DNA of 64,000 nt from an uncultured Bacillota bacterium. Lineage in GTDB: Bacteria; Bacillota_I; Bacilli_A; RFN20; CAG-826. Location of the stretch: positions 106,210 to 170,209 of the forward strand of contig CASFDV010000002.1 of NCBI GenBank assembly GCA_949293555.1, read 5' to 3'. The first letter of the stretch is position 1, and the number at the start of each line of letters is the position of its first letter. Position numbers and translations under genes: made by a program. Below are positions 29,227 to 38,145 of the stretch, piece by piece. The notes under the pieces were generated by a model. That model made no database searches and was not told where the DNA came from. It worked only from the letters and a program-made list of their open reading frames with translations.

Positions 29227-29994
29227 ATGGGAAGGGTGATCGCCATCGCGAACCAGAAGGGCGGCGTGGGGAAGACCACGACCGCCATTAACCTTTCCAG
29301 CGCCCTTGCCCACTACGGAAGGCGCGTCCTCCTTGTGGACTTCGACCCCCAGGGCAACGCCGGGAGGGGGCTAGGATTCGACGTCACGAGCCTCGCGACC
29401 ACGATCTACGACGCGGTCATTGGCGAAAAGGACGTCGTCAGCGTCCTTCGCGAGACCGATGAGCCGAACCTTCACCTCATTCCGAGCAACCTTAGGCTCG
29501 CTACGCTCGATGCCCGCTTCATCCAGACCGGACGGTCGAATCCCTTCGGCGCGCTGAGGGCGACGCTCGCCCCGCTGAAGGCGGCCTACGACTACATCAT
29601 CATCGACTGCCCCCCTTCCCTGGGGCTGCTAAACATCAACGCCCTCGTGGCAAGCGACACTGTAATCATTCCTGTCCAATGCGAGTATTTCGCGATGGAG
29701 GCAGTTGCGGCGATACTTTCCTCGATCTCGCGCATCCAGGCGGACTATAACCCCGGGCTTCGAATCGAAGGATTCCTCCTGACCATGTACGACCAAAGGA
29801 CCGCGTCGGGGACGGAGGTGGCTCGCCAGGTGAGAGGGCTGTTCCGGGAAAGCACGTTCCAGACCGCGATCCCGAGGAACGTCGCCATTCCCGACAGCGC
29901 GCTCCACGGGGAGCCCGTGACGAGCTTCAAGCCGACGGCGCACGGGGCAGTCGCCTATTTCTCGCTCGCCCGCGAGGTCATGGGCAATGGCTAG
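29227..29994 (+). CDS. parA: ParA/Soj ATPase
   Basis: NQKGGVGKTTT, DFDPQGNA, IDCPPSLG, PVQCEYFA. Confidence 0.95.
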   Translation: MGRVIAIANQKGGVGKTTTAINLSSALAHYGRRVLLVDFDPQGNAGRGLGFDVTSLATTIYDAVIGEKDVVSVLRETDEPNLHLIPSNLRLATLDARFIQTGRSNPFGALRATLAPLKAAYDYIIIDCPPSLGLLNINALVASDTVIIPVQCEYFAMEAVAAILSSISRIQADYNPGLRIEGFLLTMYDQRTASGTEVARQVRGLFRESTFQTAIPRNVAIPDSALHGEPVTSFKPTAHGAVAYFSLAREVMGNG

Positions 29995-30844
29995 GCGCAA
30001 GAAATCCGCCCCGTCCTCCGACCTTTCCGAGCTTGTCCGGAAGTTTGCCAGGAACGACGTCATCGCCGAGCTGGAGAAGGAATACCAGACCCTTTCCTCC
30101 AGGGAGATTCCCCTTTCCTCTATCAACGATTCCCCGTTCGTCCGGAAGGCCCCCCTTTCGCAGGAGCTGGTCCAGGACCTCGGGAAGTCCATCAGGGAGA
30201 AAGGAATCTTCTCCCCGCTCCTGGTGAGGCCCTGCGGCTCCCACTTCGAGCTGGTGCTGGGCAGGAAGCGCTATTTCGGGGCGAAGGAGGCAGGCCTCCT
30301 TTCCCTCCCTTGCCTCGTCTTCGACCTGAGCGACGAGGAGACGCTCCTCATGATCCTTGCGGACAGCCGCGACCAGAGGGATTCGAACGTCGTCGAGATG
30401 GCGCTCCTTTACGAGGAGCTGGAGACCCGCTTCCATTACGACAAGCAGACCCTCGCCGACCTTTCCCATTCCTCGAGGAGCCAGGTGACGAACGCCCTGC
30501 GTCTCCTCACCCTTCCCGACTACGTGATCCGGGAGGTGAGCACGGGGAAGCTGAGCTATGGCCATGCGCGGGCGCTCGTCCCTCTTTCGGAAGAGGAAAT
30601 ACGTGACGCGGTGCGCATCATCCATCGGGAGAAGCTTTCCGTCCGCGAGACAGAGAGGCTTGCCAAGACGTACGGGATCGCTCCTTCTGACGTCGATCTT
30701 GAGGTTAAGGTCGCTACCCTGGCTGGGGCGGAGAAGACGACGATCGGGAAGAAAGGCATCTACCTGCGCTTCCTTGGGAAGAGCGAGCTGGACAAATTCA
30801 TCGCCTCCCTGGAGCAATTCGCCCGTTTCAAAAAGGATATCTAG
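29987..30844 (+). CDS. parB: ParB/Spo0J family partition protein (divergent N-domain)
   Basis: Follows parA; SIREKGIFSPLLVR, HTH SRSQVTNALRLL, GHARAL, LSVRETE. Confidence 0.88.
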   Translation: MARRKKSAPSSDLSELVRKFARNDVIAELEKEYQTLSSREIPLSSINDSPFVRKAPLSQELVQDLGKSIREKGIFSPLLVRPCGSHFELVLGRKRYFGAKEAGLLSLPCLVFDLSDEETLLMILADSRDQRDSNVVEMALLYEELETRFHYDKQTLADLSHSSRSQVTNALRLLTLPDYVIREVSTGKLSYGHARALVPLSEEEIRDAVRIIHREKLSVRETERLAKTYGIAPSDVDLEVKVATLAGAEKTTIGKKGIYLRFLGKSELDKFIASLEQFARFKKDI

Positions 30845-30860
30845 GTCTATACTCTCCTCG

Positions 30861-30974
30861 TGCTTCAGGGCGACGTGCGAATCGTCGACTGGCGGTGATA
30901 GTCCGCGAGCCTTCCTCGGAAGGCAGGAGACCGGTGGAATTCCGGCGCCAACGGTAGAGTCCGGATGGAAGGAG
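30861..30974 (+). promoter_or_regulatory. FMN riboswitch (RFN element)
   Basis: CTTCAGGGC..GACTGGCGGT..AGTCCGCGA..CCGGTGGAATTCCGG.GCCAACGGT..AGTCCGGATGGAAG; terminator at 30988-31019; upstream of ribU. Confidence 0.93.
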
Positions 30975-31020
30975 CGAGCCTCATGGCGCCCCGGAGCCTT
31001 ATTGCTTGCGGGGGTTTTTC

Positions 31021-31731
31021 ATGGATTGGAAGTCGCTTGCGCTCATCGCCTTGGCCATCGTCCTGGTCGTCTTCTTGCTGAAGCTCTATTTCCTGGTGTT
31101 CCCGCGGCCGAACTTCTCCTACGCCCGGCTTACTTCGAGGGTTGCGATATTCTCCGCCCTCGCGGCGATCCTCTACGTGGTGCCGGTCTTCTCCTTCCCA
31201 TTGCCCTTCGCCCCGGCCTTCATGTCGATTCATTTCGATGAGATCCCGGTCTTCATCGCCTCCTTCGCCTATGGGCCGTGGACCGGGCTTGCCGTGCTGG
31301 CGGTGAAGACCATCATCAAGCTCCCGTTCACCTCCACCCTTTGCGTGGGCGAGTTCGCCGACTTCGTCTTCTCCTGCGCCTTCATCCTTCCGGCCGCCTT
31401 CATCTACCAGAAGAAAAGGAACCTCAAGGGCGTCGCCATCGGCTTCGCGGCAGGGACTCTCGCCCAGCTCGTCGTCGCGATGGTCATGAACGTCTATGTG
31501 ATGCTCCCCTTCTACATGTTCGTCATGGGCCTTTCCTACGAGACGATCCTCGGGATGTGCCAGGCCGCCAATCCGGCGATCACGAGCCTTGACTGGCCTT
31601 ACGCCTTCATCGCCGTGCTTCCCTTCAACCTCGTGAAGGACGTCGCGGTGATCGCGGTGACGTTCCTCATCTACCGTTCGATCGGCAAGCTTCTCCATTA
31701 CGAGGGGGACAAGAAGAGAAGGGCGTCCTGA
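31021..31731 (+). CDS. ribU: Riboflavin ECF transporter S component
   Basis: HFDEIPV..F.YGP, VGEFADF, LPFNLVK; FMN riboswitch upstream. Confidence 0.9.
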   Translation: MDWKSLALIALAIVLVVFLLKLYFLVFPRPNFSYARLTSRVAIFSALAAILYVVPVFSFPLPFAPAFMSIHFDEIPVFIASFAYGPWTGLAVLAVKTIIKLPFTSTLCVGEFADFVFSCAFILPAAFIYQKKRNLKGVAIGFAAGTLAQLVVAMVMNVYVMLPFYMFVMGLSYETILGMCQAANPAITSLDWPYAFIAVLPFNLVKDVAVIAVTFLIYRSIGKLLHYEGDKKRRAS

Positions 31732-31736
31732 GGACG

Positions 31737-31765
31737 AAAAAAGGAGCGGCAGGACCGCTCCTTTT
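31737..31765. terminator. Bidirectional terminator between ribU and fer
   Basis: AAAAAAGGAGCGG-loop-CCGCTCCTTTT. Confidence 0.8.
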
Positions 31766-31779
31766 GCTATCGAGGAATA

Positions 31780-31965
31780 CTACTCGATCTCGATCGCGGC
31801 GACGGGGCAGCTGGCGGCGACGTCTTCGATCGCGGCCTCGTCGGTGACCTCGCCGACGACCTCGCTCTTCCCGTCGTCGGTGAAGGCGAACACATCGGGA
31901 GCGCTGCTCACGCAGACCCCGCACCCGATGCAGGCGTCGAGGTTGACTTTGACTTTCTTGGCCAT
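31780..31965 (-). CDS. fer: Ferredoxin
   Basis: CIGCGVC...CP; adjacent to ribU as in Bacillus. Confidence 0.93.
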   Translation of the reverse strand: MAKKVKVNLDACIGCGVCVSSAPDVFAFTDDGKSEVVGEVTDEAAIEDVAASCPVAAIEIE

Positions 31966-32082
31966 TCTTGGTTCCTCCGGTCTTCTCGGATTATAGACTG
32001 CCCCCTACCAATGGCAAGATAGGCCTGCCGAATGCTCCTTCCGGGGATGAAGCGGGACTTCGTTCGGGATAAAATCAGGCCT

Positions 32083-32385
32083 ATGAGGACGAGGACGGAG
32101 AAGTGGAGGCGCTACCGCGAGAAGATCGAGGCCCTCGACGAGTCCCGGTTTCCGAGGACGGAGCCTTCCCCGCTTCCCTTGAGCGAGGAGGACCGGAAGG
32201 CCGCGATCGAGGCCTCGCAAGCAGCCTCCCTCGCCCTTCCCGGAGGGAAGAAAGGGAGGAGGGGGGCCACGCCCTACGGTCGCTACCTCCGGAGGGAACG
32301 CGCGATTCTTATCCTTGAGGCCTTGGCCCTGGCCTTGGCCATCGTCGGCCTCATCCTCATGTATTTCCTCTGGGTGCAGGCCTGA
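32083..32385 (+). CDS. Small hypothetical protein with C-terminal TM helix
   Basis: Charged N-part, hydrophobic C-terminus; TAAAAT 7 nt before ATG; co-oriented with cmk. Confidence 0.65.
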   Translation: MRTRTEKWRRYREKIEALDESRFPRTEPSPLPLSEEDRKAAIEASQAASLALPGGKKGRRGATPYGRYLRRERAILILEALALALAIVGLILMYFLWVQA

Positions 32386-32398
32386 AAGGAGCTAGGTT

Positions 32399-33082
32399 AT
32401 GGACGAAAAGCATATCGCCGTCGCGATCGACGGTCCTGCCGCCGCGGGCAAGAGCACTGTGGCCCGTCGCGTCGCCGAGCGCCTTTCTTTTACTTATATC
32501 GACACTGGGGCGATGTATCGTGCCGTGACCCTCGCCTGCATCCGCGCTGGCCTTGATCCCAAGGACGAGGGCCAGGCCGTCTCCCTTCTTCCCTCCATCC
32601 AGATCGAGTTCGACGAGATGGGGAAGACTTTGCTGAACGGGGAGGACGTGAGCGAGGAGATCCGCCGTCCCCTCGTCAGCGGGAACGTGTCCTACATCGC
32701 GGCGATGAAGCCCATCCGCCTTGCGCTTGTGGAGATGCAAAGGAAGATGGCGGAATCCCGTTCCGTCGTCATGGATGGAAGGGACATCGGGACATATGTC
32801 CTTCCTGGCGCCGAGGTGAAGGTTTTTCAGATCGCCAGCGTCGAGACCAGAGCGGTCCGCCGCTACGAGGAAAACCTCCAGAAGGGAATCAACACGAGCC
32901 TCGAGGAAGTCGCCGCCGACGTCAGGAAAAGGGACTACATCGACTCCCACCGTGAGTTCGCCCCCCTTAAGCCTGCCCCGGATTCCGTCCTTCTCGACAC
33001 TTCCTTCCTTTCTATCGAGGATTCCGTCGAGGCGGTCCTTCGGATTGTCTACGAGAAGACGGGGGTCGCGCCCTCATGCTAG
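32399..33082 (+). CDS. cmk: Cytidylate kinase
   Basis: AIDGPAAAGKST, DTGAMYR, MDGRDIGT. Confidence 0.96.
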   Translation: MDEKHIAVAIDGPAAAGKSTVARRVAERLSFTYIDTGAMYRAVTLACIRAGLDPKDEGQAVSLLPSIQIEFDEMGKTLLNGEDVSEEIRRPLVSGNVSYIAAMKPIRLALVEMQRKMAESRSVVMDGRDIGTYVLPGAEVKVFQIASVETRAVRRYEENLQKGINTSLEEVAADVRKRDYIDSHREFAPLKPAPDSVLLDTSFLSIEDSVEAVLRIVYEKTGVAPSC

Positions 33083-34377
33083 GCACCCTTGCCATCGTGG
33101 GGGCTCCAAGCTCCGGGAAGAGCACCATCTTCAATCGTTTCATCGGGGAGAGGCGCTCCATCGTGGAGGAAACCCCCGGCGTCACCAGGGATCGCCTCTA
33201 CGCGCATGCGGAATGGCTGACGAAGCATTTCACCATCATCGACACGGGCGGGATCCAGATCGCCAACGCGCCTTTCCAGGTGGAAATCCGCGCCCAGGTC
33301 GAGATTGCGATCGATGAGGCGGACGTCCTTCTCTTCGTAGTCGACGGGAAGCGTGGGGTGACGGACGACGACCGCTTCGTCGCACGGATGCTCCAGAAGG
33401 CCAAGAAGCCTGTCATTCTCGCGGTGAACAAGGTCGATAACGTCGAGGAGCTCGCCTATGCGGCGGACTTCTATTCCTTGGGACTCGGAGACCCTATCGC
33501 CGTTTCGGGCGCCCATGGGATCGGCATCGGCGATCTTCTGGACAAGATTGTGCTGCTTCTCCCGGAACGGGCAGAGCCTGACTACGGAGATGGGATCGCC
33601 TTCGCCCTCATCGGGAGGCCGAACGTAGGGAAGAGCTCCTTGTCCAACAGGCTCCTCGGAAACGAGAGGACGATCGTTTCCAACCTCGCCGGAACCACCA
33701 GGGATTCCGTCGACACGCCCTTCGTCCATGAAGGGGAGCGGTATGTCTCTATCGACACCGCGGGACTAGTGAAGCGAGGGAAGATCTACGAGTCCATCGA
33801 CAAGTACGCTGCCCTCAGGGCCCTTTCCGCAATCCAACGCGCGGAGGTGGTCCTCTTCCTCATCGACGGGGCCGACGGGCTTAGGGAACAGGACAAGCAT
33901 GTCGTTGGCTATGCGGTAGAGGAAAAGAAGCCCGTCATCATCCTTGTGAACAAGTGGGATGAGGCGAAGAACTCAAAGACGAAGGACGAATTCTCGAAGG
34001 AGCTCCGGAGCAATTTCAAGTTCCTTGAATACGCGCCCATCCTCTACATCTCCGCCCTGACCGGGGAAGGGGTCGGTCAGATCCTTCCAATGGTGAATCG
34101 ATGCCATGAGGCATATCACCGCAGAATCCCCACGAATGTTCTGAATTCCATTGTTCTTGACGCGCAGGAGATGAATCCGACGCCCGATTTCAATCACGGT
34201 CGCCTCCGTATTGCGTATGCCTCCCAGGCGAGGACCGCGCCTCCGACCTTCGTCCTTTTCGTGAACGATCCGAAGCACGCCCATTTCTCCTATACTCGTT
34301 ACTTGGAAAACAGAATTCGCGAGAGTTTTGACTTCTCCGGAACCCCGATTGAGATCGTTTACCGAAAGAAAAAGTAA
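33076..34377 (+). CDS. der: Ribosome biogenesis GTPase Der/EngA
   Basis: Two GTPase domains (PGVTRDR, DTGG, NKVD; GRPNVGKSS, GTTRD, DTAG, NKWD) and KH tail. Confidence 0.96.
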   Translation: MLGTLAIVGAPSSGKSTIFNRFIGERRSIVEETPGVTRDRLYAHAEWLTKHFTIIDTGGIQIANAPFQVEIRAQVEIAIDEADVLLFVVDGKRGVTDDDRFVARMLQKAKKPVILAVNKVDNVEELAYAADFYSLGLGDPIAVSGAHGIGIGDLLDKIVLLLPERAEPDYGDGIAFALIGRPNVGKSSLSNRLLGNERTIVSNLAGTTRDSVDTPFVHEGERYVSIDTAGLVKRGKIYESIDKYAALRALSAIQRAEVVLFLIDGADGLREQDKHVVGYAVEEKKPVIILVNKWDEAKNSKTKDEFSKELRSNFKFLEYAPILYISALTGEGVGQILPMVNRCHEAYHRRIPTNVLNSIVLDAQEMNPTPDFNHGRLRIAYASQARTAPPTFVLFVNDPKHAHFSYTRYLENRIRESFDFSGTPIEIVYRKKK

Positions 34378-34539
34378 TTCTTTGGCTCCAGAGGCTTAAG
34401 CAAAAAGGGGGCAGGAAGTTCATTTGATTAAGTGCCCATCGGTATTTTTTATGTTGAAAGCGCTTGCACCTTTTGTTTGCAAATGATAACGTCAACTCGT
34501 CAGGTTGCAGTGCCTGTCAGACAAGGAGGGGTAAACCCA

Positions 34540-34812
34540 ATGAACAAAGCTGAGCTCATCACCAAGGTCGTCGACATCACCGGCCTCACCAAGAGGGACG
34601 CGGAGGCTGCCGTCGACGCCGTCATCACCTCGATCGAGGGCGCCCTCATCGACGGGGACATCGTCAAGATCGCCGGCTTCGGCCAGTTTGAGAAGAAGAC
34701 CCGCGCCCCCAGGACCGGCACCAATCCTGCCACCCAGGAGAAGATCGAGATCCCGGCCGCGAACGTCATCGCCTTCAAGCCGAGCAAGACCCTCAAGGCC
34801 AAGATCAACTAA
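34540..34812 (+). CDS. hup: HU DNA-binding protein
   Basis: MNKAELI, GFGQF, R.GTNPAT, FKPSK.LK; SD AAGGAGG. Confidence 0.96.
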   Translation: MNKAELITKVVDITGLTKRDAEAAVDAVITSIEGALIDGDIVKIAGFGQFEKKTRAPRTGTNPATQEKIEIPAANVIAFKPSKTLKAKIN

Positions 34813-34870
34813 GCCAGCCTTCTGGCGAGCAAAGCCCCTGCTAGGCGGGGGCTTTCTTTATAATCAGGAC

Positions 34871-35497
34871 ATGGACAGGACGGCTCGCATCCTTGCTTTC
34901 CTTGAGGAAAAGCTTGGCCCCCATGGCTTTCATGCATGGGCGGTGGGCGGGACAGTCCGCGATGCGCTTCTCGGACTGCCCGTCGATGATTTCGACTTCG
35001 TCACCGATGCGAGCCAAACCGATTTGCCATCCATTTTCCCGGAAGCGAACATGGCCTTCCTTCGATATGGGTCCATCAAGCTCAAGGTGGGCATCGGGGA
35101 AGTTGCGAAGGTTGACCTGACCCTTTTGAGGAAGGAGTCCGGATATACGGACCATAGGCACCCTGCGCTCGTAAGCTTCACCAAGTCCTTGGCTGTCGAT
35201 TCTAGGAGAAGGGACTTCACCATAAACGCCATCTACCTTTCTAAAGATTCGACCGTGTCTGACTTTCACGATGGTATTCGCGATTTGTCAAAACGAGTCC
35301 TTCGCTTCATTGGCGACCCTTGGGCCCGTGTTCAGGAAGATCCCCTGAGAATTTGCAGAGGCGAGCGCCTTGCCTCTCGGCTTGGTCTTTCTCTAGAGGA
35401 AAGGACCGCCGAGGCGTTCCGAAGAGGAAGAGGGTTGTTGGACCTCATCACTCCTGCCAAACTCGATGAGGAAAGAAAGAAAGGCTGGGTTGGTTAG
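34871..35497 (+). CDS. cca: CCA-adding/poly(A) polymerase family nucleotidyltransferase, head domain only (208 aa)
   Basis: GGTVRD..DFD, RRDFTINA, EDPLR. Confidence 0.8.
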   Translation: MDRTARILAFLEEKLGPHGFHAWAVGGTVRDALLGLPVDDFDFVTDASQTDLPSIFPEANMAFLRYGSIKLKVGIGEVAKVDLTLLRKESGYTDHRHPALVSFTKSLAVDSRRRDFTINAIYLSKDSTVSDFHDGIRDLSKRVLRFIGDPWARVQEDPLRICRGERLASRLGLSLEERTAEAFRRGRGLLDLITPAKLDEERKKGWVG

Positions 35498-35499
35498 TC

Positions 35500-36138
35500 A
35501 TGGCTGCGAGATATTCCTTGTCGAAGGCGGTCTCCTTCGACTTTGCGTTGGTCGAGACGTATCGCGAGATGGGGCTGGACGAGAAAGAACTTTCCGTCCT
35601 TCTTGTGACGGACCATCTTCTTTCCCAGGAGGGGGCGCTTGTGACCCAGGATGTCCTTGCGTCCCGGATGGCTATGGGGGCGGATGAGATCGACGCCGCC
35701 CTGGCTTCCCTCATTAAGAAAGGGTTCTTCCTCTATACGCCCGGGAAGAAGAAGCCTTGCACGGTTGACCCTGCGCATAAGGCTGCCTATCGCCTCCTTG
35801 AGCTAAGGCTCCAGGACGGGGCGAAGAGGGAGCCGAGCGAATCCGGGAAGAAGGAAGTTTCCAAGGCCTATATCGTCTTGGAAGACGCGCTGGCAAGGAC
35901 GCTCTCCCCTTTGGAGAAGGAGACTGTTGTCCGTTGGGTGGATCACGGATGGGACGCCGGGATGATCAAGATTGCGGCGGAGGCTTCCCTCGCCCAGGGA
36001 AGACGGAGCGTCCGTGCGATTGAATCCGAGCTCGCCGCTCGTGAGAACTCTGACAAGGGCCGGCAAGGGAAGGGGACGAGGAAGAGCGCTTCCTCCGTCC
36101 TTTCCGCTTCCAGGAAGCTTTGGGGCGATGAAGGCTAG
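35500..36138 (+). CDS. dnaD: DnaD domain replication protein
   Basis: N-terminal wHTH (YREMGL..E..LIKKG), R.LSPLEKE...W; upstream of nth as in Bacillus. Confidence 0.78.
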   Translation: MAARYSLSKAVSFDFALVETYREMGLDEKELSVLLVTDHLLSQEGALVTQDVLASRMAMGADEIDAALASLIKKGFFLYTPGKKKPCTVDPAHKAAYRLLELRLQDGAKREPSESGKKEVSKAYIVLEDALARTLSPLEKETVVRWVDHGWDAGMIKIAAEASLAQGRRSVRAIESELAARENSDKGRQGKGTRKSASSVLSASRKLWGDEG

Positions 36139-36787
36139 GGAGCGCGCGGACAAGGTCGAAACGATCCTTTCCCAGGAGTTCGGCGAGCTTGGCCCTACCC
36201 TGATTTTCCATTCCGACTTCGAGTGCCTCGTGGCGATCCTTCTATCAGCGCAGACGACTGACCTTTCGGTCAACAAGGTCTCTCCGGCGCTCTTTGGAAG
36301 GTTCCGCAAGCCCAGCGATTTCGCAGGGGCTGGCGTTGAAGAAATACGAAGCTACATCAAGACGCTCGGGCTTTCGAATTCCAAGGCCCGCTCCCTCAAA
36401 GGGCTGGGACAATGGTTCCTGGAACGCGGGACGGAGGAAGTTCCTCATGAGATGGAGACGCTTGTCTCAATACCCGGGGTGGGCGTGAAGACGGCGGGCG
36501 TCTTCTTGATCGAGCGCGATCGACCACATAGCTTCCCCGTAGACACCCACATTTTCCGAGTCACCGGAAGGCTTGGACTCCAGCGTGCGAAAGACCCCAT
36601 CAAGGCGGGGACGGCGCTCTACCGGCTTTACCCAGGGGAAAGGGCGGGCTACATGCATCGGGCGTTCATCACCCTTGGAAGAAGGGTCTGCGAGGCCCGG
36701 AGCCCGAGTTGCGAGGAGTGCCCTTTGAGAGAGCTTTGTCCTAGGCTTCACTTGGGGAAGAAGGCTTCTTCCACCGCCTTGAGATAG
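36128..36787 (+). CDS. nth: Endonuclease III
   Basis: LSAQTTD, PGVGVKTA HhH, VDTH, C-x6-C-x2-C-x5-C. Confidence 0.94.
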   Translation: MKARERADKVETILSQEFGELGPTLIFHSDFECLVAILLSAQTTDLSVNKVSPALFGRFRKPSDFAGAGVEEIRSYIKTLGLSNSKARSLKGLGQWFLERGTEEVPHEMETLVSIPGVGVKTAGVFLIERDRPHSFPVDTHIFRVTGRLGLQRAKDPIKAGTALYRLYPGERAGYMHRAFITLGRRVCEARSPSCEECPLRELCPRLHLGKKASSTALR

Positions 36788-37338
36788 TCGTAGCGAGGCT
36801 CCAGCCCTTCTTTGAGGAGGAAGCCGTATTTCTTTATCTCTGCAATTGGAATAGATTTTCTCGGTTTTTCTCTATAAAAGCTGCAAATCCAACTGGCTGG
36901 GAGAAGATAGGTCTCGCCGATCACCGAGCAGTTGATTAGGAAGAAGGCGATTCCTCCATGGCGCATCACGCCCTCGAGGTGCTCGATCTGCTGCGGAGCG
37001 ATGTTCGCAAGGGGGAAGGATGTCCTGGAACGGGTGCTTTTCGCCTCGAAGTCGAGGTAGCGTCCCCTGTAGACTCCGTTATAGTCGGTCGTGGATTGCT
37101 TTTCGAAATAGGCGTGGGTGATCATCGCCCCTTTCGTGTAGTCGACCTTCACGACGTTGATGGGGGTGGGCCTCTTCGTCACGATCGCGATGTCGTGGGA
37201 CCGGTACCACTCGTTGGAGGCGTTGATGTCCGCCTCGAAATCCATCCCGCGGTTGGCCTCGGTCCCCTTGGGAGAGGTTCTTATCGTCTTCCTCCCTCCT
37301 TCCGGCTCAGGCGGGCGGATGCCTTTCGGGTAGTTCAT
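36748..37338 (-). CDS. recU: Holliday junction resolvase RecU
   Basis: NRGMDFE, KRPTPI, STTDYNGVY.G.YLDFEAK. Confidence 0.96.
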   Translation of the reverse strand: MNYPKGIRPPEPEGGRKTIRTSPKGTEANRGMDFEADINASNEWYRSHDIAIVTKRPTPINVVKVDYTKGAMITHAYFEKQSTTDYNGVYRGRYLDFEAKSTRSRTSFPLANIAPQQIEHLEGVMRHGGIAFFLINCSVIGETYLLPASWICSFYREKPRKSIPIAEIKKYGFLLKEGLEPRYDYLKAVEEAFFPK

Positions 37339-38060
37339 TCGAAATACTTCCGGATCTCTTCCTTCAGGTCTTCCGGCCCCACGTTCTCGCCTTTCATAAG
37401 CCTCTGAACGATCGCCCGGATGGGCTCTGGGGTCTTCTTCAGACGCGAAAGGGTCTTCATGTACTCCCTTTCGAGGATGTCCTTCCTATCGAGGATCGCC
37501 TGGTAGAGGAGCATGAGGTTCCACGCATCGTCCTGCGCGTCGTGAGCCTGTCCCTGGAAGTCCACCTCGAAAAGCTTCAGGTAGTTCTCAAGGGAAAGGG
37601 TGTTCCCATGGTCGTCCTCGACGTACTGGGAGAGCCATCCCGCGAAGTCGAGGCAGCAGCGGCAGATGGCCGCGCTCCACTCATGGTCGCACTCCTTTGT
37701 CCTCATGGTGGATTGTTGGATGATCCGCAGGTCGTGGGTCCCGAATGTACAGAAGATCGCCTTCCCCCAGTAGCGTCCCATGTACTTCCGGAAGAGGCGC
37801 TGGGCTTCGTTGAACGGGACGCCTTTCTCCGCGAGGGTCCTGTCTGTGATTCCCGTGAGCCTCTTCACGATCTTCCCGACCTGCCCTTGCGCCTTCACGT
37901 AGGTCCGGAACGGAGGCAGCGTCCTTTTCACGTTTCCGCTCGGGTCGAGGATCGCGAGGACCGCGCCGAGCTCGATCATCTCATGGGTGAACTGCGTTCC
38001 CTCGAGGTCGAGGAAAGCGATCGCCCTGTGGCCCCGGAGCGCGTTCATCAGTGACTTCAC
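37335..38060 (-). CDS. DEDDh 3'-5' exonuclease (KapD-like)
   Basis: FLDLEGT, LTGIT, HDAQDDA. Confidence 0.87.
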   Translation of the reverse strand: MKSLMNALRGHRAIAFLDLEGTQFTHEMIELGAVLAILDPSGNVKRTLPPFRTYVKAQGQVGKIVKRLTGITDRTLAEKGVPFNEAQRLFRKYMGRYWGKAIFCTFGTHDLRIIQQSTMRTKECDHEWSAAICRCCLDFAGWLSQYVEDDHGNTLSLENYLKLFEVDFQGQAHDAQDDAWNLMLLYQAILDRKDILEREYMKTLSRLKKTPEPIRAIVQRLMKGENVGPEDLKEEIRKYFE

Positions 38061-38145
38061 GAAGGGATTTTAGCATTGGTCATTGGGAAAGAAGGGGAAA
38101 GTATCCTTCTTCGAACGCCTCGCTTAGCCCTATAATCAAGAGGCC

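Noticed and set aside
26597-30844. Replication origin near mnmG-rsmG-parAB
   Set aside because: No dnaA, mnmE or rpmH, and no DnaA-box cluster or AT-rich unwinding element seen
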